DNA of 64,000 bases from Candidatus Scatovivens sp. (GCA_051891335.1 JBJFFD010000043.1:1005-65004), one strand, 5' to 3'; shown: positions 27,954-38,400, counted from the first letter of the stretch. Made by a program: numbers and translations. The notes: generated from the sequence alone by a model not told the origin.

Positions 27954-28178
27954 ATGAGAGAAGAATTTATTAAGGAAGATAGAATATTTGAAAAAACAGA
28001 TGATGAAAGAAGAGAAGAACTTTTAAATAGCTTAAAAATTGTAAAAAATAATTTGATGTCAAGTTATAATAACATGGCTTATGCAGAAGGAGAGTTAGTT
28101 GATTATTACATTTACAAAATTAAAGCAGAAGAAGCTCAATATGCGTATTTGATAAAAAAAATAAAAGAAGAATATTAA
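27954..28178 (+). CDS. DUF2508 (YaaL-like) small protein
   Basis: RBS AAGGAAG then ATG 27954. The ELVDYYIYKIKAEEAQYAYLIKKIK pattern is typical of YaaL. The track ORF start at 27906 overlaps the hairpin element and is rejected. Confidence 0.55.
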   Translation: MREEFIKEDRIFEKTDDERREELLNSLKIVKNNLMSSYNNMAYAEGELVDYYIYKIKAEEAQYAYLIKKIKEEY

Positions 28179-28225
28179 TTATTGAATAAAAAATCATTTC
28201 AAAATAAAAATAGAAGAAATATAAC

Positions 28226-28251
28226 GGGCGGACAGAGTCGTCCGCCCCTAC
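28226..28251 (-). repeat. REP-like element of the GTAGGGGCGGAC family (minus orientation)
   Basis: The minus strand reads GTAGGGGCGGACgactctGTCCGCCC. Confidence 0.6.
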
Positions 28252-28273
28252 AAAAAATATAATAAATTTTGTG

Positions 28274-28300
28274 TGTAGGGATCGATGTTCACATCGATCC
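28274..28300 (+). repeat. REP-like element: GTAGGG head plus GATGTTCACATC hairpin
   Basis: GTAGGGatcgatgttcacatcgatccg. It lies head to head with the 28226-28251 element, just 3' of glmS. Confidence 0.6.
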
Positions 28301-28310
28301 GTTAATATTT

Positions 28311-30149
28311 TTATTCAACTGTTACTGATTTTGCTAAATTTCTAGGTTTATCTACATCTAGCATTTTTTCTTTAGCTATATGATAAGCTAAAAGTTGAAG
28401 AGGTATTACCGATAATATAGGAGATAGGAATTTATTTATTTCGGGAATTTGTATTACCTCATCAAATTTATGGTTTCCTAAATCTTGATTTGTTATAACT
28501 AATGTTTTTGCACCTCTTGAAACTACTTCTTGAATATTACTAATTGTTTTGGAAGCTAAGTCTTGGTTTGTTATTATTGAAATAACAGTTATTCCATTTT
28601 CTATTAAAGCAATAGGTCCGTGTTTTAATTCACCTGAAGCATAGGCTTCAGAATGAATATATGAAATTTCTTTCAACTTTAAAGAACCCTCCATAGCAAC
28701 AGCATAATCAATTCCTCTACCTAAAAAGAACATATCTTTTTCTGCATAGATTAAATGAGAAAAAGCCTTTAATTTATCATCTAATTTTAAAACTTCATTA
28801 ATTTTATTTGGAAGACTTAAAATATCGGCTTTTATTTCAGTCAAATCTTCATTTTTAATTTCTAATATTTCAGAAAAATAAATGGCTATAAGTGTAAGTA
28901 AAAGAACTTGGCAGGTGTATGCTTTTGTAGAAGCTACTGCAATTTCTGGACCTGCATGTGTATAAACTGTATAATCTGCTTCTCTGGTTATTGAACTTCC
29001 TATTACATTAGAAATAGCAATTGTTTTTGCACCTTTTTGCTTTGATAATTTTAGTGCTGCAATAGTATCTGCAGTTTCTCCAGACTGACTAATATAAATA
29101 CATAAAGTTTTATTATCAATTAAAGGATTTCTATATCTAAACTCTGAAGCAACATCAACTTCAGTGCTTATATTACATAAATTTTCAAATAAACTTTTTG
29201 ATACAAGTCCTGCATGCATAGCTGTACCACACGCTACAATATATATTTTATTTATAGAAGTTAAATACTCTTTAGATAAATTTAAATCTTCTATATTACA
29301 AGATAAATCATCAAGTAATCTTGAACCAATAGTTTCTCTGATAGATTTTGGTTGCTCATATATTTCTTTTAACATATAATCTTCAAATCCATTTTTCTCG
29401 CTTGAAGTAGCATCCCAATCTATATTTTGTAAATTCTTGGTTATATTATTTAAATTAGAGTCAAAAAATTCTATTGAATCTGTTTTTAAAACAGCTAGTT
29501 CTTTATCATCTAGTATATAAAAATCTTTTGTATAAGATAAAATTGCTGGAATATCTGATGCAATATAATTTTCTAATTTCCCTTTTCCTATAACAAGAGG
29601 ACTATCCTTTCTAATTACTATTATAGAATCAGGAATATATTCTGAAACAACGCATATAGCATAGCTTCCTTGTAACATATCACAAGCTTGTTTTACAGCA
29701 GTAATAAAATTTGTACTGCTTTTATTATCAAATTTTTTAAAATTAAAATCTATTAAGTTAGGGATTACCTCAGTATCTGTATCAGAAAGAAATTTATATC
29801 CATTTTGAACTAATAATAATTTTAAATCTGAATAATTTTCTATAATACCATTATGAACAACAGCTATAGAATTACTATTATCTAAATGAGGATGTGAATT
29901 AGTAACAGATGGCTTTCCATGAGTTGCCCATCTTGTATGACCAATTCCAATTGTTCCATTTAATTTTTTAGCATCTTCATTATCAGCTAAATTCTTAACT
30001 CTTCCTTTTGTTTTTACCAATTTTATTTCATTATTTTCTAGAGTTGCGATTCCAACAGAATCATATCCTCTATATTCTAGACGTAAAAGTCCATCAATTA
30101 ATATAGGTTCAGCTTTTTTTGAACCTATATATCCAACTATTCCACACAC
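28311..30149 (-). CDS. glmS: glutamine--fructose-6-phosphate aminotransferase
   Basis: MCGIVGY N-terminal nucleophile, two SIS domains, C-terminal KSVTVE. GTG start with an AGGAGG RBS. Confidence 0.96.
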   Translation of the reverse strand: MCGIVGYIGSKKAEPILIDGLLRLEYRGYDSVGIATLENNEIKLVKTKGRVKNLADNEDAKKLNGTIGIGHTRWATHGKPSVTNSHPHLDNSNSIAVVHNGIIENYSDLKLLLVQNGYKFLSDTDTEVIPNLIDFNFKKFDNKSSTNFITAVKQACDMLQGSYAICVVSEYIPDSIIVIRKDSPLVIGKGKLENYIASDIPAILSYTKDFYILDDKELAVLKTDSIEFFDSNLNNITKNLQNIDWDATSSEKNGFEDYMLKEIYEQPKSIRETIGSRLLDDLSCNIEDLNLSKEYLTSINKIYIVACGTAMHAGLVSKSLFENLCNISTEVDVASEFRYRNPLIDNKTLCIYISQSGETADTIAALKLSKQKGAKTIAISNVIGSSITREADYTVYTHAGPEIAVASTKAYTCQVLLLTLIAIYFSEILEIKNEDLTEIKADILSLPNKINEVLKLDDKLKAFSHLIYAEKDMFFLGRGIDYAVAMEGSLKLKEISYIHSEAYASGELKHGPIALIENGITVISIITNQDLASKTISNIQEVVSRGAKTLVITNQDLGNHKFDEVIQIPEINKFLSPILSVIPLQLLAYHIAKEKMLDVDKPRNLAKSVTVE

Positions 30150-30189
30150 AAAAAATGCCTCCTAAAAATAAATTTAGTGCATATTTAAA

Positions 30190-30330
30190 CTATCCTATTA
30201 GTATTGTTCTAATATTACTATTAGTTTTTCCTAATATTTAATGGCAATAGTCATGCCATAGAGTATCCGCCGAATATTTCGATAAACTCTAACCTCGTCA
30301 TCAATAAAAATTGACCTGGCGCTAATATAA
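30190..30330 (-). promoter_or_regulatory. glmS ribozyme
   Basis: The minus strand reads A/GCGCCAGGUC..GACGAGGUUAGAGUUUAUCGAAAUAUUCGGCGGAUACUCU, matching the conserved cleavage site and core of the glmS ribozyme, directly upstream of glmS. Confidence 0.9.
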
Positions 30331-30499
30331 AGCTTTATTCCAGCTTTGACACAATTATTTTTAATATCTCCTTTCTAAGATTTTTATGCACTTTCTATAT
30401 TATATAATATATTTTAAAAAAATAAGCAAGTACAATTGGAAAAATAAATTTAATGTGATAAAATTTATATATAATTTATAATAAGAAAGTTGAAGAAAA

Positions 30500-31015
30500 A
30501 TGGAAAAAATAAAAGTATTAATTGAAGCAAAAAAAATTCAGGAAAGAATAAAACAGCTTGCTGATGAAATAATGAAAGATTATAAAGATGAAGAAATTTT
30601 AATACTTAGTGTATTAAAAGGAGCTGTATTTTTTACAGTTGATTTAGCAAAACAAATAAATAATAAAACTGAATTTGAATTTATTAAATTATCTAGTTAT
30701 GGCAATGCAAAGGTAAGTAGTGGTAAGGTTGAAATAAAACAAGATATAACAAGTAAAATAAAAGGAAAAAATATTCTTATTGTTGAAGATATTATAGATA
30801 CTGGAATAACAATGAAATTTTTAAAGGAATATTTATTAAAATTTGAAGTGAATTCAGTTAAAGTAGCAACTTTATTAAATAAACCAGAAAGAAGACAGGT
30901 TGATGTAAAAATAGATTATATAGGATTTAACATACCAAATAAGTTTGTAGTAGGTTATGGATTAGATAATAAAGAATATTTAAGAAATTTGCCATATATA
31001 GGCTATATAGAATAA
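30500..31015 (+). CDS. hpt: hypoxanthine phosphoribosyltransferase
   Basis: PRPP loop ILIVEDIIDTGITM, with the size and order typical of Hpt. Confidence 0.92.
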   Translation: MEKIKVLIEAKKIQERIKQLADEIMKDYKDEEILILSVLKGAVFFTVDLAKQINNKTEFEFIKLSSYGNAKVSSGKVEIKQDITSKIKGKNILIVEDIIDTGITMKFLKEYLLKFEVNSVKVATLLNKPERRQVDVKIDYIGFNIPNKFVVGYGLDNKEYLRNLPYIGYIE

Positions 31016-31028
31016 TGGAGTAAAGTTT

Positions 31029-32813
31029 ATGTTTAATATTGAAGAAGAATTAAAAAAGCTTCCAAATAAGCCTGGAGTATATATAATGAAAGACATAAAT
31101 GACAATGTTATTTATGTAGGAAAGGCTGTTATTTTAAAAAATAGAGTAAGACAGTATTTTAGAAAAAACAATAAAACTAGAAGAATAGAAAAAATGGTAT
31201 CCTTGATAGACCACTTTGAATATATAGTTGTTAATAGTGAAGATGAAGCTTTAATCTTAGAATGTAATTTAATAAAAAAATACAGACCTAAATTTAACGT
31301 TTTATTAAAGGATGATAAAACATATCCATATATTTGTATAGATATAAAATCAGATTATCCAAATGTTTTTATAACAAGAAAAATTACAAATAATGGAGAA
31401 AAATATTTTGGACCATATCCTAGTGTATCAAGTGCTCGTGAAATGATAAATTTTATAAAGGAAAAATTTAAAATAAGGCAATGCAAAAATTTTAAGAATA
31501 AAGATAGAGCCTGTTTAAATTATCATATAAAAAAATGTTTAGCGCCATGCATGAATTATGTGTCACCAAAAGAATATAAAAAACAAATTGATCAAATAAT
31601 TATGCTATTAGAAGGAAAAACAGATATTATAATAAAACAAATGAATGAGGAAATGACGGAATTTTCCAAAAAAATGGAATTTGAAAAAGCAGCAGAATTA
31701 AGAGATAGAATTATTGCTATAGAAAGAATTACAGAAAAGCAAAAGGTTTCAAATATTTCAGAAAACAATATAGATGTTATTGGAATGTATAAAAATGAAG
31801 TATCTGTTTGCATAGAAATTTTCTTTGTACGCTCAAGTAAAATGGTTGGAAGAGAACATTACTTTTTTGATGGATTAAAAGATATGGAAGAAGAAGAAAT
31901 AGTATCTGGTTTTATAAAACAATTTTATGAAAAAAGTTTAGAACTTCCAAATAAAATAATGATGAGAACTGAAATAGAAGATAAAGAAGTATTAGAAAAA
32001 TGGTTAAGTAATAAAGCAGGAAGAAAAGTAGAGATAAAAAACACTAAAAAAGGTGAAAAGCTACGTTTTGTAGAAATGGCAGAAATGAACAGTAAAATTA
32101 CTTTAGAAAATAAGGTTAAAGATAAAACAGAAATTTTAATAGAATTAAAAGAAAAATTAAATTTAGATAAAATTCCAAGTAAGATAGAAAGTTTTGATAT
32201 TTCAAATATTTCGGGTAATTTTATTGTCGCTGGTATGTGTGTCGCTATTAATGGAGTAGTAAAGAGAAATTTATCAAGAAGGTTTAAAATAAAAACAGTT
32301 TATAATCAAGATGATCCAAAATGTATGGAGGAGGTTATAACAAGAAGAATAAAACATTCGATAGAAAGTCCTAAAGGTGGATTTGGAACATTACCAGATT
32401 TAATACTAGCTGATGGTGGAATAACTCAAATAAAAGCAATAAAAAATGGAATTAAGAAATATAATGTAGAGATTCCAGTATTTGGAATGGTAAAAAATGA
32501 TAAACATGAGACAAGAGCATTAATAGATGAAAAGCGACATGAGATACAAATTTCTGAAAATTTGTTTAATTTTATAACTAATTTTCAAAATGAGGTGCAT
32601 AATACTGCTATTGAATATCATAGAAAAGTAAGAGATAAAGAACTTACAAAATCTAAATTAGATGAAATTGAAGGAATAGGACCAAAGAAAAAAGAAGAAT
32701 TGTTTAAAAAATTTAAAACAATCAAAAACATAAAAGAGGCTACTATAGAAGAAATTTCTGAAATAAAAGGAATAAATAAAAAATTAGCTAAAAACATAAA
32801 AGAAAGTTTATAA
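31029..32813 (+). CDS. uvrC: excinuclease ABC subunit C
   Basis: GIY-YIG (GVYIMKD..VIYVGKA), UVR domain, endonuclease and C-terminal HhH. Confidence 0.95.
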   Translation: MFNIEEELKKLPNKPGVYIMKDINDNVIYVGKAVILKNRVRQYFRKNNKTRRIEKMVSLIDHFEYIVVNSEDEALILECNLIKKYRPKFNVLLKDDKTYPYICIDIKSDYPNVFITRKITNNGEKYFGPYPSVSSAREMINFIKEKFKIRQCKNFKNKDRACLNYHIKKCLAPCMNYVSPKEYKKQIDQIIMLLEGKTDIIIKQMNEEMTEFSKKMEFEKAAELRDRIIAIERITEKQKVSNISENNIDVIGMYKNEVSVCIEIFFVRSSKMVGREHYFFDGLKDMEEEEIVSGFIKQFYEKSLELPNKIMMRTEIEDKEVLEKWLSNKAGRKVEIKNTKKGEKLRFVEMAEMNSKITLENKVKDKTEILIELKEKLNLDKIPSKIESFDISNISGNFIVAGMCVAINGVVKRNLSRRFKIKTVYNQDDPKCMEEVITRRIKHSIESPKGGFGTLPDLILADGGITQIKAIKNGIKKYNVEIPVFGMVKNDKHETRALIDEKRHEIQISENLFNFITNFQNEVHNTAIEYHRKVRDKELTKSKLDEIEGIGPKKKEELFKKFKTIKNIKEATIEEISEIKGINKKLAKNIKESL

Positions 32814-32870
32814 AATTTGGAATAAAACTCATTTTATTTGAATATATATTAATATATTTAAATAAAAAAT

Positions 32871-32911
32871 GTACAAGCTAATATAATAATAATTTTATAC
32901 TAGCTTGTACA
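32871..32911 (+). terminator. hairpin after uvrC
   Basis: gtacaagcta..tagcttgtac with a 20 nt loop. The 3' arm abuts the RBS of the next small ORF. Confidence 0.45.
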
Positions 32912-32927
32912 AGAAGGAGTTTTACAA

Positions 32928-33035
32928 ATGAAAAATAATAAATTTTTAATAATTCTTTTAGCATGTACCAGTGTGTGTTTTACTATATTAATAGTGCTTC
33001 TTTATAATTTTATACATGTACTGACAGTTATTTAA
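32928..33035 (+). CDS. 35-aa hydrophobic peptide (speculative)
   Basis: RBS AGAAGGAG then ATG 32928. MKNNKFLIILLACTSVCFTILIVLLYNFIHVLTVI. Confidence 0.3.
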   Translation: MKNNKFLIILLACTSVCFTILIVLLYNFIHVLTVI

Positions 33036-33253
33036 TAAATTGTTGTATTAGTATTAAAGCAATTAATGAGTAAAATAATTGTGGATATATTGTAGAGTAA
33101 TACAATATAGATTTTTATAATGGGATAGTTAATTTTATAACTATCCTTATTATATTTTATAAATCTTATAATAAAAATATAATATTATTGTAAACTTAAA
33201 TTAATTATGATAAAATATTAATGGTAAAAATAATTAGAAGAAGGAATGTTTTT

Positions 33254-34114
33254 ATGAATATTGCAAATGATTGGAAAGATTATGAAATCTTAGATATGGC
33301 AGGAGAAGAAAAACTTGAAAGATGGGGAGATATTTATTTGATAAGACCAGATCCTCAAATTATCTGGAAAGAAAAATCTTTCCCTGAGAAATGGAAAAAA
33401 GCTTTTGCAAGATATAGTAGAAGTAATACAGGAGGAGGAAATTGGAATTATAATAAAAAAGTTCCTGAATCTTGGCAAATTAAATATAAAAATTTAACAT
33501 TTAACATTAAACCAATGGGATTTAAACATACTGGATTGTTTCCGGAACAAGCAGTTAATTGGGATTGGATGATTAATAAAATAAAACAAGAAAAAAGGGA
33601 AGTAAAAGTATTAAACTTATTTGCATATACTGGAGGAGCAACTGTAGCTTGTTTATCAGCAGGAGCATCAGTTTGTCATGTTGATAGTTCAAAAGGTATG
33701 GTTGCTTGGGCAAAAGAAAATGTTGTATCATCAGGACTAGAAAAAAGACCCGTTAGATATATAATAGATGATGTTAATAAATTTGTTCAAAGAGAAATAA
33801 GAAGAGGAAATAAATATGATGCAATAATAATGGATCCACCTTCTTATGGAAGAGGTAAAAATGGTGAAGTATGGCAATTCGAAAATGATATATCAAATTT
33901 AGTAGAGACATGTTCAAAAATATTATCAGATAATCCTTTATTTTTCTTAATAAATTCTTATACAACTGGAATATCATCTAAAGTTTTAGAAAATATTTTA
34001 TATTTAAATATAAAATATAAAAATGGAAAAATAACATCTGGAGAAATAGGGCTTCCAATGACAAATTCAAAATTAGTTCTACCATGTGGAATTTATGGAA
34101 GATGGGAAAAATAA
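33254..34114 (+). CDS. class I SAM-dependent (rRNA) methyltransferase, PF10672-like
   Basis: SAM motif LNLFAYTGGATVA and IIMDPPSYGRG. RBS before ATG 33254. Confidence 0.75.
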   Translation: MNIANDWKDYEILDMAGEEKLERWGDIYLIRPDPQIIWKEKSFPEKWKKAFARYSRSNTGGGNWNYNKKVPESWQIKYKNLTFNIKPMGFKHTGLFPEQAVNWDWMINKIKQEKREVKVLNLFAYTGGATVACLSAGASVCHVDSSKGMVAWAKENVVSSGLEKRPVRYIIDDVNKFVQREIRRGNKYDAIIMDPPSYGRGKNGEVWQFENDISNLVETCSKILSDNPLFFLINSYTTGISSKVLENILYLNIKYKNGKITSGEIGLPMTNSKLVLPCGIYGRWEK

Positions 34115-34172
34115 TATATAAATAAAATTTAGATGTAGGAGCTATTTTAATAGCCCGAAAAAAGAGGAAAAA

Positions 34173-34841
34173 ATGAAAATTATTTATGAAGACAATCATA
34201 TTATTGTAGTAGAAAAACCAGTAAACATACCATCACAAGCAGATAAAACTGGCGATGCCGATATGCTTAGTATGGTAAAAAAATATATAAAAGAAAAATA
34301 TAATAAGCCAGGAGAGGTGTATTTAGGATTAGTACATAGATTAGATAGACCAACAGGCGGAGTTATGATTTTTGCAAAAACTTCAAAAGCAGCATCAAGG
34401 CTTAGTCAGCAAGTAAGAGATAAAGAATTTATAAAAAAGTATCTTTGTATTGTAGATGGTAAAATGGAAAAAAATGAAGATACATTAAAAGATTATTTAT
34501 ATAAAAATGAAAAAAATAATATGAGTAGAATTGCAAAACAAAAAGAAAAAAATGCTAAAGAAGCTATATTAGATTATAAAGTTATAAAATATAATGAACA
34601 AACAAACTTGTCTGTAGTAGAAGTTATTTTGCATACAGGAAGACATCATCAAATAAGAGTACAATTTTCTTCAAGAAATCATAGTTTATATGGTGACCAA
34701 AAATATGGAACAAGAGGAAAAGGAAAGCAATTAGCTCTTTGGGCATATTATTTAAGTATATTGCACCCAATAACTAAAGAAAGAATGGAATTTAAAATTT
34801 ATCCAGAAAAAATAGGAAGTTGGAAAATTTTAGAAGACTAA
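34173..34841 (+). CDS. RluA-family pseudouridine synthase
   Basis: Catalytic HRLDRPTGGVMIFAKT, plus GRHHQIRV. Confidence 0.88.
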   Translation: MKIIYEDNHIIVVEKPVNIPSQADKTGDADMLSMVKKYIKEKYNKPGEVYLGLVHRLDRPTGGVMIFAKTSKAASRLSQQVRDKEFIKKYLCIVDGKMEKNEDTLKDYLYKNEKNNMSRIAKQKEKNAKEAILDYKVIKYNEQTNLSVVEVILHTGRHHQIRVQFSSRNHSLYGDQKYGTRGKGKQLALWAYYLSILHPITKERMEFKIYPEKIGSWKILED

Positions 34842-34854
34842 AAGGAGAAAAATT

Positions 34855-35391
34855 ATGGGAATATATGTAATAAGACATGGAAAAACAGATTGGAATGAAG
34901 AATCGAAGATTCAGGGACAAACAAATATAAAATTAAATGAAATTGGTATAAAACAAGCAAGTGAAGTTCGAAAAGAAATTGAACAAAAAAATATAGATTT
35001 AATTATTTGTAGTCCTTTGGATAGAACAAAACAAACAGCTCAAATAATTAATAAAAATATGAATATTCCAATACAATATAATGAAAAATTTATGGAAAGA
35101 AATTTTGGAGTACTAGAAGGAAAGAAAACAGAAGAAATAGAAAATCTAAATGAATATTTTGAGTATAATGTTAATAAAGAAGTAGAAGATGGAGAAAATA
35201 TACAAAGATTTTTTAATAGAGTTTTTGAAGGTATGAAAGAAATTGAAAAAGAATATAAAGAAAAAAATGTTCTTTTGGTAACTCATGGTGGAGTAGCTAG
35301 AGCAATTGATTATTACTTTAATGGAATATCAAAAGAAAAAAATGATTTAGAAAAAGCTAGTTTAAAAACATGTGAATTAAGAGAATATTAA
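34855..35391 (+). CDS. histidine phosphatase family protein (phosphoglycerate mutase-like)
   Basis: RHGKTDWN motif and a downstream THGG. Confidence 0.8.
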   Translation: MGIYVIRHGKTDWNEESKIQGQTNIKLNEIGIKQASEVRKEIEQKNIDLIICSPLDRTKQTAQIINKNMNIPIQYNEKFMERNFGVLEGKKTEEIENLNEYFEYNVNKEVEDGENIQRFFNRVFEGMKEIEKEYKEKNVLLVTHGGVARAIDYYFNGISKEKNDLEKASLKTCELREY

Positions 35392-35419
35392 TATAAAAAT
35401 AATATTAAATGAAGTGATA

Positions 35420-35466
35420 AAATAAATGCAGATACAAAAAGAATGTGTTTGCATTTATTTTTTTGT
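35420..35466 (+). terminator. rho-independent terminator
   Basis: aaataaatgca..tgcatttattt followed by a T-run. Confidence 0.6.
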
Positions 35467-35604
35467 ATAAAATAAAAGAAAGGCTTAGCCGATAATGTTA
35501 CAAAAATATAACAAAAACAATAAGTTTTAGTAAAAAACATAAAACAAATAAAATGAAATGTTATACTATAATTAGTTATGTATATTTAATTGGAGAGAGA
35601 AAAT

Positions 35605-36618
35605 ATGGAAGATGATTTGAATAAAGAAAATAGTAAAGAAAACAAAGAATTAATAGATGTTTCTTCTAAAAAATTTGTTTTAGGTGGAAAAGTAATAACA
35701 ATGAGTCGAAAAAATGAAATACAAGATATAGTTGGAACTAAATTAAGTAATTCAGAAATAAAAAATAGCATAGTAGTAGCGGTAAAAGAAAATGGAGAAG
35801 AAAAAAAAGAAGAAAAAACACAAAAAAATATGGTAGCAAAAAGAATTATTCCTGTTATATTAATACCAGTATTATTAGCTGGTATGGCACATTCTTGTGC
35901 AAGAGAACAAGCTCAAACGCGAAAAGAAACAACTCAAGTATATGGTACTATTTATCAAGTAAAAAATCCATATACAATTTTAGAAGGAATAGTAAACTCT
36001 GCAGGACAAGAGGGAATGACAGCCAATGCTATAGAAGGATATGCATTTGATGGTAAATATTATTCTGCAACAGAGCAAATGAGTGCTGAAGAAAGATCAT
36101 CATCGGGATTTTCTCAATTTGAACAAATGCAACAAGAAATTGATGAAAAATTAGAAACTTTAACAAATGAAACAACTACTCAAACGGAAAAAGAAGATGC
36201 TGCTAGGCGTTTACTAAAATTATCAAATAAGGCAAAACAACTATACGAAGGAAATGAAGATTTTGCAAAAGAGTATTCTGAAAGATTTAAAGAAGCATCA
36301 AAAGCTTATGAAGATTCTAATACTGAAAATGAAATAGCAACAGTTGATAAAATGGTAGAAAATTACATGACAGAACTTGGCTTATCTTCTGAGAATGTAG
36401 ACACGATACAACAAATAGTTGATGCATTTGAACAAGGATATGAGTTAGAACTTGAAGGTAATAAAGAAAAAGATGGTGACTTTGTAATTGTTGGAGAAGG
36501 AGTTAGAGAAGTGGCTGTAGAAGAAGGCGTAAATAAATCAGCTTGGCAAAAATTTAAAGATTTTATGAATGGCAATAGAGATGTTAATAGAGACAATATA
36601 GATAGTTTTGGAAAATAG
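35605..36618 (+). CDS. hypothetical membrane-anchored protein
   Basis: RBS GGAGAGAGA then ATG 35605. One TM helix (IIPVILIPVLLAGMAHSCA), acidic coiled-coil-like remainder. Confidence 0.5.
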   Translation: MEDDLNKENSKENKELIDVSSKKFVLGGKVITMSRKNEIQDIVGTKLSNSEIKNSIVVAVKENGEEKKEEKTQKNMVAKRIIPVILIPVLLAGMAHSCAREQAQTRKETTQVYGTIYQVKNPYTILEGIVNSAGQEGMTANAIEGYAFDGKYYSATEQMSAEERSSSGFSQFEQMQQEIDEKLETLTNETTTQTEKEDAARRLLKLSNKAKQLYEGNEDFAKEYSERFKEASKAYEDSNTENEIATVDKMVENYMTELGLSSENVDTIQQIVDAFEQGYELELEGNKEKDGDFVIVGEGVREVAVEEGVNKSAWQKFKDFMNGNRDVNRDNIDSFGK

Positions 36619-36631
36619 GAGAGAATATTAA

Positions 36632-37087
36632 ATGGAAAATAATTTATTGTATAGTAATGTAGCTACAGAATTGCTTGAAATATTTAAATATTTTGATAAA
36701 ACTCTTAAAGAAAACATACCATCAAAATTGGAAGAGATGTTATTTGAATTTAAGAATGAAGATTATATATTTAAAATCGATAAAACAAAAAAACTAAATG
36801 AACAAAAACTTCTTCCAGAAACAAGACAAATCTTATCAATGATATATTTAAAATATTGCTGTACACAAGAAGAAGCTAATGAAGTATTAGAAGAAAAAAG
36901 AAGAAATGAATTATTAATAGAAGAGAAAAAAAGAGAAAGATATAATATAGAAAATATTTTTCATGAAAATCCAAAAAAAGAGGAAAGTTCTACTACAGAA
37001 ATGATTGTGTATGAAGAAAATACACCTATATATATAAAGATAGTAGAAAAAATAAAGGAATTTTTTAAAAATATATTAATAAGGTAG
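36632..37087 (+). CDS. hypothetical protein
   Basis: ORF with RBS, translationally coupled to its neighbours. No motif recognised. Confidence 0.5.
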   Translation: MENNLLYSNVATELLEIFKYFDKTLKENIPSKLEEMLFEFKNEDYIFKIDKTKKLNEQKLLPETRQILSMIYLKYCCTQEEANEVLEEKRRNELLIEEKKRERYNIENIFHENPKKEESSTTEMIVYEENTPIYIKIVEKIKEFFKNILIR

Positions 37088-37096
37088 GAGAAATAT

Positions 37097-37357
37097 ATGA
37101 ATAAATATAAAGTTGGAACAGTTTTTGAATTGTTTGAAAATAATAATCAAGAATATATGATACTAGATACTTTTGAAAAAGAAAATTTTGTTTATGCATT
37201 TGTAACCCCAATAAATACAGATAAAAAAGGTGTTACAAAAACAGACTATACTAAGGCTATGCTAATAAAAATAAATAAAATTACAGAAGAAATGAAAATA
37301 GAAACAGATGAGAGAATAATAGCAGAAGCAGTAGATAGTATGATTAGTAAAATTTAA
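37097..37357 (+). CDS. hypothetical small protein
   Basis: ORF with RBS AGGAG. No motif recognised. Confidence 0.5.
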   Translation: MNKYKVGTVFELFENNNQEYMILDTFEKENFVYAFVTPINTDKKGVTKTDYTKAMLIKINKITEEMKIETDERIIAEAVDSMISKI

Positions 37358-37464
37358 TCATAAAAATATATAAAAGTAATTATTATGATGCTTAAATTTT
37401 TCTGAATTAAATAATGAATTAATTCATCCTTTAAAGAATATCATTTAATAGATATTTAGAAAGG

Positions 37465-38259
37465 GTGATTTTTTTGAAAGAAAAATTTTCTAGAATAAGT
37501 GTTGCTATAATTTTATTATTGATAGTTGTATTCCAATTTGCATATATTTCATTAGCAAATTCTGAATTAAGTACAAAATTAATAGCATGGGGATTTAGAA
37601 GAGGTGAAAATAATCAGCAACCAACTTTAGATGCTGAAGCCTTAAAAATAGTAAATAAATTTGATGGATATGCTATGGGAAACAAAGAAAAGAACTATGT
37701 ATATTTAACATTTGATGCTGGATATGAAGCAGGATATACAAGTAATATTTTAAAATCACTAAAAGAAAATAATGTCACTGCAACTTTTTTTATAACAGCA
37801 CATTATTTAAATACAGCTGAAGATTTAGTTTTAGAGATGATTAAAAACGGAAATGATGTGGGTAATCATACAGTGAATCATAAATGTATAGCTCAAATTA
37901 GTGATGAAGAAATTAAAGAGGAAGTAATGAAACTTCATAATGCAGTATTTGAAAAAACAGGATATGAAATGAAATATTTTAGACCACCAAAAGGTGAATT
38001 TAGTGAAAAGTCTTTAAGTGTAATTAAAGATTTAGGATATACAACTGTCATGTGGTCTTCTGCTTATGATGATTGGGATAAAAACAAACAAGGAAGGACT
38101 GAATATGGGAAAAAGAAAATATTAGACAATTTGCACAATGGAGCAATAATACTATTACACTCTACATCAGAAGATAATATGAACATGTTAGATGATTTAT
38201 TAAAGGAGATAAAAGCAAAAGGATATGAGATAAAATCTCTAAGAGATTTTGAAAAGTAA
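37465..38259 (+). CDS. pdaA: delta-lactam-biosynthetic de-N-acetylase (polysaccharide deacetylase, PdaA-like)
   Basis: WGFRRGENNQQP, YLTFDAGYEAGYT, ATFFITAHY, GNHTVNH. The start may instead be TTG 37474. Confidence 0.8.
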   Translation: MIFLKEKFSRISVAIILLLIVVFQFAYISLANSELSTKLIAWGFRRGENNQQPTLDAEALKIVNKFDGYAMGNKEKNYVYLTFDAGYEAGYTSNILKSLKENNVTATFFITAHYLNTAEDLVLEMIKNGNDVGNHTVNHKCIAQISDEEIKEEVMKLHNAVFEKTGYEMKYFRPPKGEFSEKSLSVIKDLGYTTVMWSSAYDDWDKNKQGRTEYGKKKILDNLHNGAIILLHSTSEDNMNMLDDLLKEIKAKGYEIKSLRDFEK

Positions 38260-38400
38260 ATATTAAATAAAAATTTTGTAGTGCGATATTTATATTAAGC
38301 ACTATAAAATTTTTGCTCCAAACACAAACAAATGTATTGACAAACAATTTTTTTAGAAATAAAATAATTATACAAAAATATGTTTGTATGAGGAGGGCTT

